DNA from: Pseudobacteriovorax sp.
Lineage (GTDB): Bacteria; Bdellovibrionota_B; Oligoflexia; Oligoflexales; Oligoflexaceae
DNA: 27,705 nucleotides
NCBI GenBank assembly: GCA_050293845.1
Contig: JBNKNM010000058.1
Location: 1-27,705 of the forward strand
Direction: 5' to 3'
The notes beneath the pieces are model-generated. The model was not told the DNA's origin. It did not search any database and saw only the letters and a program-made list of their open reading frames with translations. The position numbers and the translations under genes are program-made. Each line of letters starts with the position of its first letter. Position 1 is the first letter of the stretch. Positions 18,395 to 26,700 of the stretch are shown here, piece by piece.

Positions 18395-18513
18395 GCCACC
18401 TCCCATTTGCTACAGTATCAGCTATCCACATCTGGAGAGGTGCAAAAAGCACACCTTTGTAAGTGATTGATATTACACAAGTCAGGTGCAGTAAATTTGA
18501 TGGCTGTCAAAAT

Positions 18514-19131
18514 TTAAGGCAGAGGCACTGCTGTATTTATCCGGCGTAACTCCTCTAAAAGTTCAGCTAGAGGTAGCCCTACTACATTGGAGTATGAACC
18601 TTCTATTTTTTCGATAAGAAAACCACCAACCCCCTGAATTCCATAAGCCCCCGCTTTATCAAAAGGTTCCTGAGTACTAAGATAAAAGTTGATATCCTGA
18701 GGCGATAAATGGCGAAATTTTACTGCTGTAGTGACCAAACGGAGGATGCGGGTATGTTCTCCATCTTGGGTATCGTAAATACAGAACGCGGATAATACTT
18801 CGTGGATGCGACCGCTTAACTTTTCCAGCATTGCTCTAGCTTCAGCAGGACCATGAGGTTTTTCTAAAACCTCTTCGCCCAGCACCACGATCGTGTCAGC
18901 GCACAATATCCAAGCACGGGGGAAAAGTTTTTGATGATGGCTCACCCACAGTGTTTTTTCTAGGCAATTCCGTCTTACATAGTCCTCAGGAGCTTCGTTC
19001 GGATGTCGGCTTTCTGCAGTTTGCGGTGACAGAGACTTAAAGGGAATCCTAAGAGATTTCAGCATATCCTGCCGACGTGGCGATGAACTTCCCAAAATCA
19101 GAGGGTGTTTAAGTTCTAGAAGTGGTGACAC
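18514..19131 (-). CDS. maf: Maf-family nucleoside triphosphate pyrophosphatase (YhdE-like)
   Basis: ILGSSSPRR, ADTIV, LEKP, DKAGAYGIQG, GSYSNVVGLP. Confidence 0.93.
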   Translation of the reverse strand: MSPLLELKHPLILGSSSPRRQDMLKSLRIPFKSLSPQTAESRHPNEAPEDYVRRNCLEKTLWVSHHQKLFPRAWILCADTIVVLGEEVLEKPHGPAEARAMLEKLSGRIHEVLSAFCIYDTQDGEHTRILRLVTTAVKFRHLSPQDINFYLSTQEPFDKAGAYGIQGVGGFLIEKIEGSYSNVVGLPLAELLEELRRINTAVPLP

Positions 19132-19762
19132 GATGCCATTCCTTTCTTATATCAGCTATTTTGATCAAGCCTTCTCGTATAGGAATAAAATCTCCAGACT
19201 CCACAATTTTGATGATCGTACTCGACTTAAGAGGGGAGCTATTGGTTTCCTGCCACCGAGGAACATATACCTCTGGATGCCTTGCTACAAACTCTACGGC
19301 TTCTTGCCAGGAAGCACAGGGTTTCTGTCCGGCAATATTCACACTTGTTGAAGGAAAAGGGGTTTTAAGCTCTTCGAGTACAGCGGCCATCCAAGAGCAA
19401 TGTTCAGGAAATTGAGGCACCCGGAAAGCTATAGTTCCATCGCTTCGTACCTGAGTGGAGTCCCTTTTCGCATGCCAGATAGCAGTGAGGGAACCAGGCC
19501 AAAATCGAGATAGCAGCTCCTCCCACCCTAAAGGTAGGGGCTGCCAATATTCAGTGGCCATTTGCAAGCTGCTTACCAAGCTAATACAAGTTTTGCCTTC
19601 ATCACGATTTTTAACTCGCCATAAATAGCTCGCTACTTCCCCTTGGCTGGAATCAAAGCTCAACCCTGGAATAGTATCCGTAGGGTGCAAACAGACTTTG
19701 CCCCCCTGCCAGGCTCGTGTCAAACCCTCGATAAGGTCACGCTGATTAGCCTTTAAAGTCAA
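19109..19762 (-). CDS. tsaC: Threonylcarbamoyl-AMP synthase (TsaC/YrdC/Sua5 family)
   Basis: PTDTIPGL, KNR..K, FWPGSLT, IAFRVP, STSVN, SSTII. Confidence 0.8.
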   Translation of the reverse strand: MTLKANQRDLIEGLTRAWQGGKVCLHPTDTIPGLSFDSSQGEVASYLWRVKNRDEGKTCISLVSSLQMATEYWQPLPLGWEELLSRFWPGSLTAIWHAKRDSTQVRSDGTIAFRVPQFPEHCSWMAAVLEELKTPFPSTSVNIAGQKPCASWQEAVEFVARHPEVYVPRWQETNSSPLKSSTIIKIVESGDFIPIREGLIKIADIRKEWHRVTTSRT

Positions 19763-20246
19763 TGCTGCACTCTTTATCCATTTCTAAAACTTTCGCAGCA
19801 CGTATAGCGCGATCTTGTCTAAACTGCTGCTTTAAAGGCTCATCTGCTGTGGCTATAATTTGCGCCGCAAATAGAGCTGCATTCGTAAACCCTGCCTTTC
19901 CCAAAGTCATAGTGGCTACAGGAATTCCACCAGGCATCTGACTCATGGATAACAGAGCGTCTAAACCAGCCGTTGCCTGACCAGCAACAGGAACAGCCAA
20001 CACTGGCAGAGTCGTAAGAGCTGCCACCACACCAGCGAGATGGGCAGACATTCCAGCGATACATATCACCACTTTACCACCATTTTTTTCAAACTCACCC
20101 ACAAGCTTATGAACATGATCAGGAGTTCGGTGGGCCGATGCAATATGAAGCTTAAATGGTATACCAAACTCTTTCAGGGAATTAATACCCGCTTCTGTTA
20201 TCTTTAAATCGGACTTACTTCCTAATAAGATTAAAACCTGGGACAT
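19746..20246 (-). CDS. purE: N5-CAIR mutase / AIR carboxylase PurE
   Basis: GSKSD, SAHRTP, AGMSAHLAG, QMPGGIPVAT, NAA; AAGGAG RBS. Confidence 0.95.
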   Translation of the reverse strand: MSQVLILLGSKSDLKITEAGINSLKEFGIPFKLHIASAHRTPDHVHKLVGEFEKNGGKVVICIAGMSAHLAGVVAALTTLPVLAVPVAGQATAGLDALLSMSQMPGGIPVATMTLGKAGFTNAALFAAQIIATADEPLKQQFRQDRAIRAAKVLEMDKECSIDFKG

Positions 20247-20293
20247 GTATCATTCTCCTTAATCTAAGTATATTATATTGCTTGCATAAGTTG

Positions 20294-21592
20294 TTAATGA
20301 TCAGTGGACACTTTTAGAGCGATATCCCGTCTGTAATGCGCCTGCGACCAAGCACTGCTAATATCGTGTACCAGCCCATAGGCTCGTTGCCTTGCTGTAG
20401 TGAATAGCTCGTCCTTGCAGGCGATGGTCAGCACGCGCCCCGCCCCGGGATATAACTGCTCGCCCTCTTGACACACAGCAGCGCCAAAAACCAACAGATC
20501 GGAACCAGTATTGTCAAAGAGACTAGCCGGTAATGGCTTAACATCCTGTTTTGGTTTCTCATAAGGATAGCCTTCACTAGCCATCACAATAGCTAAACTG
20601 CGCTCTGTCGTTAAATCCGTATCGTATGCTGTCGGTTCCAACTCCCTAAGCTGCAGATGATCGGCAATCATTGCCCCCCAATCGCGGCTATCATGTAAGG
20701 CTAAGACCTGAGCCTCTGGATCTCCTAAGCGCACATTAAACTCCACCACTTGAGGACCTTGATCGCTCCACATAAGACCTACATATAGATAACCACAATA
20801 GTGAATACCCTGACTTTTAAGGCTATCAAGTAGTGGGGTTACCACGCGCTCCATAACCAAGTCGCTAGCATTCTCTGGAAGCCAGGTTACCGGTGTATAG
20901 CAGCCCATCCCTCCCGTATTAGGACCTTCATCTCCATCTTTAAGGCGTTTAAAATCGACCGCAAAGCCTAATGGTGTGGCACGGCTTTTTCCAACCATAC
21001 AGAAAAAAGAGCACTCGCGCCCTTTGAGAATTTGCTCCACTACTATGGTTTCCGCGGCTACAGCCATGGATGTCTTTAGTCTCTGCAACCCATTGTCTAC
21101 TTGCTCTTTAGAAGTGCAAACAAAAACCCCTTTTCCTGCTGCGAGACCACTGGCTTTCACCACAGCCCCTCCTGTCTCTTCGATCATCTGATAGGCTGCC
21201 TGGCGGCAATCTGCAAAAGAATTTGCCACCTGGTACGGGGCTGTAGGTATATTGGCTTTTTCCATAATCTGCTTCGCAAAAGACTTTGAGGATTCTAGCT
21301 GAGCAGCGACTTTATCCGGGCCAAATACCGGTATGGCACGGATGTGACATTCATCAGCAAAACCTTCCGCCAGGGGTTGTTCCGGTCCTACAACAACGAA
21401 GTCAATGTTTGTATCTTTAGCCTTTTGGGCCAGATTTCCCCAAGAGCTGTCGTTCACAGCCAGAACTTCACCCAGATCCCCCATAGCGGGAGCACCGGGC
21501 CAAAAATACAATTTACTAACACATTGTGAGCGGCTGAGCTTCCAAGCTAAGGCATGCTCTCTAGCCCCGGAACCAACTAGCAGTACTTTCAT
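20294..21592 (-). CDS. purD: Phosphoribosylamine--glycine ligase
   Basis: GSGAREHAL, VGPEQPL, LESSK, KASGLAAGKGV, GPNTGGMG, EFNVRLGDPE. Confidence 0.97.
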   Translation of the reverse strand: MKVLLVGSGAREHALAWKLSRSQCVSKLYFWPGAPAMGDLGEVLAVNDSSWGNLAQKAKDTNIDFVVVGPEQPLAEGFADECHIRAIPVFGPDKVAAQLESSKSFAKQIMEKANIPTAPYQVANSFADCRQAAYQMIEETGGAVVKASGLAAGKGVFVCTSKEQVDNGLQRLKTSMAVAAETIVVEQILKGRECSFFCMVGKSRATPLGFAVDFKRLKDGDEGPNTGGMGCYTPVTWLPENASDLVMERVVTPLLDSLKSQGIHYCGYLYVGLMWSDQGPQVVEFNVRLGDPEAQVLALHDSRDWGAMIADHLQLRELEPTAYDTDLTTERSLAIVMASEGYPYEKPKQDVKPLPASLFDNTGSDLLVFGAAVCQEGEQLYPGAGRVLTIACKDELFTTARQRAYGLVHDISSAWSQAHYRRDIALKVSTDH

Positions 21593-21631
21593 TTTTTTTC
21601 CCCAGTTTTTTGGCAGATTCCAACGTGCCCT

Positions 21632-21660
21632 CTTTTATATGGAGCCTTGCTCCCTGTCAA
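21632..21660 (-). promoter_or_regulatory. Candidate sigma70 promoter for purD
   Basis: Perfect TTGACA (21660-21655), 17-nt spacer, weak -10 TAAAAG. Confidence 0.4.
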
Positions 21661-21682
21661 CTATGTCTTATTGACCAAAACA

Positions 21683-21691
21683 TGATATAAT
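21683..21691 (+). promoter_or_regulatory. Extended -10 promoter for the 21762 operon
   Basis: TGATATAAT is a perfect TGnTATAAT, 70 nt upstream of ATG 21762. Confidence 0.55.
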
Positions 21692-21761
21692 ACCATTAGC
21701 TACCCTTTTGTGAACGAACTGGGTATCTTGCAAGGAACTTAGCACTCGTACTGAGAAGAGT

Positions 21762-22721
21762 ATGTCCATGACCCAAGGGATCTTTGGCAGCTGGGATAAT
21801 CCCCATATCGTGTATCTTTCCTCAAACCTGGGAGGTCTACCGGTCGAAATAATCGATCGTTTGTCTCGCCGAGGGTGGACAATTTCCCATTTTTCCAACG
21901 ACGTTCAGGATGCCTTTGGAGCCATCATGATTGGCGAAGGCTCTATCCTACTTATTGAGGATTCCGATGAGCTTCCAGCTAGTCATGTCCTACGTACCCA
22001 GTTGTCAAACCCCATTGTTTTGCTCACTCCGACCATCGTCGCCTGCTCGGAACATCAGATAGAACGTGCCCTTATCAAGGAAATGGGTTCCCCGGAAATT
22101 ATTAACAGCCCACTGAGCCCTATGAAATTTATTGAAGCTCTGGAATGGTTGATCAGAAGATGGAAAACAGGGCATTTTCCTAAAGTTCTGGCGGTTAAAA
22201 ACCTGCTGATGGAACAAAAGGCCAGCGAAGCCATAAAGCTACTAACGCACCTGATCAATACGAAAGACCTTCTTCCGATTATCGCCCCCTGTGCCGCTAA
22301 GTTCATTCGCCACCAAAGCGATGCTAAAGTTGTCGAAAAAATACTGCTCAATGCTATCAGGGAGTATCCACGAAACATGGGGATGATACTAGCGACTATC
22401 GACTTCTACTTACATGCTGCTATGCCTGGTACAGCCCTTAAAATTGTAGCAGCAGCCCGAAAAAATCATGGCAACCCTTCCCTGATCATACCGGAGCAAA
22501 TTCAAGCCCTCGTGATGCTTAATGAAATTGATCAGTGTATTCCTCTACTTAAGGATCTCATCGCAGCAAAGTACATTCCCTCAACAGCCCAAGATTTTTT
22601 GATCCGCTGCTTATACGCTGAGGGTTATAGTACCGAATTTTTAACTTGTATCAATCACGAACAAAGCCTCCTTGATCAATTCCGTTTAGCGTGGAATCGT
22701 AAATCTGGGGAGGGTGCTTGA
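21762..22721 (+). CDS. Hypothetical protein: degenerate receiver-like N-domain plus helical (TPR-like) C-domain
   Basis: Alternating beta/alpha pattern (IVYL, ILLIED, TPTIVAC, IINSPLSP where receivers have KP), then amphipathic helix pairs; recognised by eye only. Confidence 0.5.
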   Translation: MSMTQGIFGSWDNPHIVYLSSNLGGLPVEIIDRLSRRGWTISHFSNDVQDAFGAIMIGEGSILLIEDSDELPASHVLRTQLSNPIVLLTPTIVACSEHQIERALIKEMGSPEIINSPLSPMKFIEALEWLIRRWKTGHFPKVLAVKNLLMEQKASEAIKLLTHLINTKDLLPIIAPCAAKFIRHQSDAKVVEKILLNAIREYPRNMGMILATIDFYLHAAMPGTALKIVAAARKNHGNPSLIIPEQIQALVMLNEIDQCIPLLKDLIAAKYIPSTAQDFLIRCLYAEGYSTEFLTCINHEQSLLDQFRLAWNRKSGEGA

Positions 22722-23713
22722 GTATTGTTAGTTCAAAATCCCTTAAAGAGTATTTGAAGTACTGGCAGATCGACAAACCAATCTTTCAATCGCCTGTCGA
22801 TATCGACCATATATTTATCCCGGAGCCTTGGGTCAGCTACCTGGAGAGGATTATCCTGTTTTCGGGTCAAACCTCGTCAATTGTGACGCTTTCTAGCCCT
22901 CCGGGGCATTGCAAGTCGACCATCGCTAAATGGCTCTATCGTAATATTGGGGTACAGTCCCACGAAATTGTCCTATTGTCCCTGTTTCGCGAAGAAGAGC
23001 AATCCGGCTGGTTACTACCAAAACTAGCCAAATACTTTGGCATCTCTGCACAAAATCAGCACTCTCTACTAGAACTAGTTGCCGATGCCATCGACCAGAT
23101 CAACCAAGAGGGCCGACTCGTAACTTTCATTATTGACGAAGCCCACAAAATCAAGGACCCTGACGCATTTTCCGAACTGCACGGCCTGATTAGTTTACAA
23201 AGCCTGGTAAACCTAGGAATTAACTGCATACTCGTGGGTAATAACTACCTCAATGAGGTTATCAGCCACACCGAACAAATTAAAAGCCGCCTCAACCTTA
23301 CTATTAACTTTAACAATCTCAGTATACAGGAAACAGCGGCCTACCTGTATCACAGTTTGGCCTCAACCCCAGTTAATAACGACATATTTGCTAATGATGC
23401 TATCGAGGCCATCTATAGCCAGACCAGTGGAATTTTCTCCCGACTCAATGCATTACTGGAAAATTGTTTAATTGAGGCTTTTTTAAAGCAGAAAAAAACG
23501 ATAGATTGCAAGATTGTAGAAGAGGCAGCCCGATTCCTACCATCTGTCAATGAAACGCATAGTGCTGGTCCAAGTACTAAGCCCCGTCAAGAAACAGTAA
23601 GGCGATTGGCAGACGCAAGTCAAAAAGTCAAAAGCTTTAGAAAGAACGAGAAGGACGGTACAGGACAGTCTGTAGAGTTGAGTAGCCTTTTTTATAAAGC
23701 GGATGATAAATAA
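22718..23713 (+). CDS. ExeA/GspA-like AAA-type ATPase
   Basis: N-terminal YLKYWQIDKPIF, P-loop variant SPPGHCKST, Walker B FIIDEAH, ILVG, SR, TSGIFSRLNAL; TTGA overlap with the upstream gene and GGAGG RBS. Confidence 0.8.
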   Translation: MSIVSSKSLKEYLKYWQIDKPIFQSPVDIDHIFIPEPWVSYLERIILFSGQTSSIVTLSSPPGHCKSTIAKWLYRNIGVQSHEIVLLSLFREEEQSGWLLPKLAKYFGISAQNQHSLLELVADAIDQINQEGRLVTFIIDEAHKIKDPDAFSELHGLISLQSLVNLGINCILVGNNYLNEVISHTEQIKSRLNLTINFNNLSIQETAAYLYHSLASTPVNNDIFANDAIEAIYSQTSGIFSRLNALLENCLIEAFLKQKKTIDCKIVEEAARFLPSVNETHSAGPSTKPRQETVRRLADASQKVKSFRKNEKDGTGQSVELSSLFYKADDK

Positions 23714-23732
23714 AACAACACAAGAATGACCT

Positions 23733-26700
23733 GTGCACATAAGCCTTCGACTTACAATTATAGTGGCAGTAGTCGCCGTAGCCTTAACTTTTTTAATTAA
23801 TGCTATTATCGACACTCCGTTTTTCCATCGCATTATGAATGAAGCTATTCATGAGCAAGTAGAAGCTCACACCAACGCAAGCTTCGATTTTAAGGCTCTC
23901 AGCCTACAATTCTTCCCCCCGGGGCTTGATATATATGGAGTAGCGGTTAAAGATAGCGAAGATAAGGAGTTTTTAACGGCAGCACGCATTGAAGCCCGAC
24001 TATCCATTACCTCACTTTTTTGGGGGAAGCCTGAACTAGCAAGTTTAGGAATCGCCGAATTACGCACGCGACTGCCCCTACCTGGAGGTATATTTAAGAC
24101 ATCAAATATTGTAAAACCGGCTTCCCACACAAAAACTCCTTGGCCGCCAGAGTTTTCTATTCCGATTAAATCCATTCATTTGATAGACTCCACCATCGAT
24201 GTCTACTTTAATGAGGTTGGAGACCAAAAGAGACAAATTAGTGCCCGGTTGGAGGGTTTAGATCTTGATATCGAATATGATTCCTGGAGTGACTGGCAAA
24301 GTAAAATTGCAATGGCCCGTGGCAATGTGTTTCTAAACCAAACAAATGTCCTCAAAGACGTAACCTTTACCAGCGAGATAAGAACAGATGGCACGCAAAT
24401 TCAACTCAGCGAGATGCAGCTGACATCCTCTCGGTTCGACCTTTCTGGAACATCAAATATTAATCTTCTGATTCAGCGGGACAGCCTTAACATTATGGGG
24501 ACGCGACGCTTATTTGATAGCTATTTGATCGGCCTTAACCTGACTAGCGAACTGGCTATCAAAAAATTAAACTTCGGAGTCCTTGGCGATTTTCTGGGAG
24601 CTGGCGATTCCGATGGATGGATCGATGGGCTTGTGAAGCTTAAAGCAGAAACCATATTTGCAAACTCAGACATACAATGGCAGGTCACTGGTAAGGCCCG
24701 TTCTTATGACGCCCGTCTTTCAGGCTTCAGGTTTCTGGAATCAGACATTAGCTTTACCGTTGATAAAGATCAGTTTACTTTCGATACCATTGCGGTTCAA
24801 GCCCATCGCGACAATTCCGAGCCATTAGCAACAGGAAAGGGACGAATTGGCTTTGCTGATAACATTCCCATACAATTCAATATTAACCCCCATGGCATAT
24901 CTCTCAAGACACTGCTCAGCATTCTTCAAGTTCCTGACTTCGAAATATTTAGCAGTCAACTCCACAGTCATTCGCTACAATTAGCCGGTGAGGGAAATCC
25001 ACTGCGACTGCAATTAAAGGGACCTACCCATTTTGACGAGCTAAGCTCCCTTCAAATTCCCACAACTAGTCAATACCCAGGAAAGCCGAAATGTTTATTC
25101 AAATTAAATTTGATGATTTCAGCAACGGCGGTCACAATTCCTCAGAATGAGGGGATCTGCTCTCACCCACATTTTGATGATCCCGATGAAAATGCTACCA
25201 TTGAATCACCAGTTACCATCGATGGACGCATAGCTTACAACAACGAGGAAGGTATCGATCTTAAGATTAGCAGCCCTGCCTTAAATGCTAACCTGTTAAA
25301 TCATTTTACCCAGCTTGCCACTAAAGGTTCTATCAAAATTGACACCAAAATATTTGGTCCTTATGATGATTTGAAAATAGCTCTAAAACAATCAGCAACA
25401 TCCTTTTCCATAGCTGGATTTTCGGGAAAATCTTTAGATATTGATGGCCTACTTTCCATCAAAAAATCCACCCTGTCTTTGAAAGAAGTTCACTTACAAG
25501 ATCAATCGCAAGGTCACATCACCTTAAAAAACGGTATCTTTGACCTTTCCACCCAAGAATTAAAAAGTTACCTGGTCGTCAAAAACCTATCCCCAAGCTT
25601 TATAGAAAATGGCATTGTTCACTTCAATCCAGATTTACGGCTCGGTTTTTCTGTAAAATCTATAGAGGGAGATGTTTTGATCCCAGTTACCAAACCTTTA
25701 GCCAGTAAAGTTGATCTTGTTTTAACCGTAGAAAACGGCAGTTTAAACGGCGAGCAAATTTTCTCCCAGATTTCTGGTCAGGTCGTAGCAACTAAGAAAC
25801 GGATTAAGACGCAAAATCTGCAGATCCAGCTGAATCGCTTGACTCTCAATGTAGACTACAAGCAGAACAGATCAGCAGTCAGAGTTCCCGGCAATACGAC
25901 CTTAGAGCAACTAGGTTTCAATTTATCCGATAAGTTTCAGCTACAAGTAAAAACTAATAGTAAAGACAATAAATTATATTTAGATAAGTATAATGATAGC
26001 AACCACCTTTCCGGCTTACCCTTCATCGGCTCTCGCTTTCGCGAACTAAAAGTAGGGGCCCATATCTCTATTGATTCCAGCCTCGAAGGAACATTCCATC
26101 ATGCGCAGGGTAACTTTCGAGGTAGTTTAAGTCAAATCTTTGTCCTAGGAAGCCCAATGGGGCCCATAAACTTCTCCGGTTTTTCCAATGGATCTAAAAT
26201 TGATATACCTCTGGTAAAATATGGAGGCAACTCTCTAGTCGCCCGTTTCAGCTTTGACTTCCAGGCTCCTAATAAACCTTTCAAATCCTATATTTTTCTT
26301 GATCATTTCGATGCTCGTGCCCTTCTCGGTCCATTTTTTGCGAAAGATCCCAGAAACTTTTTGTACCTGAGTGCCGACTGGCAGCTAGCTGGTAACTTAG
26401 ACAATTTTTTTAACTCTGAAGGCCAACTGATTTTAAAATCAATCAATGCACAATTTGTACAGAGTGCTAACGAATCCTTGCAAAAAATCAAACTCAACAC
26501 CCATGCTCCCATTGCACTGGATTTTAAAAAGAATTCTTGGCAATTTGCCAATAAAAAATCCCTAAAATTAACTGGTGATGGCTTTGAATTTTCACTAAAT
26601 CTAAGTGGCAATAATCCGCCTGAAGAGCTGAACATTAAACTTCTGGGTTCAGTTGATCTCCAAATTCTTAAGAAGTTAGTACCGCATATTGAAACTGCCC

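Noticed and set aside
21671..21691. TTGACC...TATAAT as a -35/-10 pair
   Set aside because: Spacer is only 9 nt; treated as an extended -10 instead
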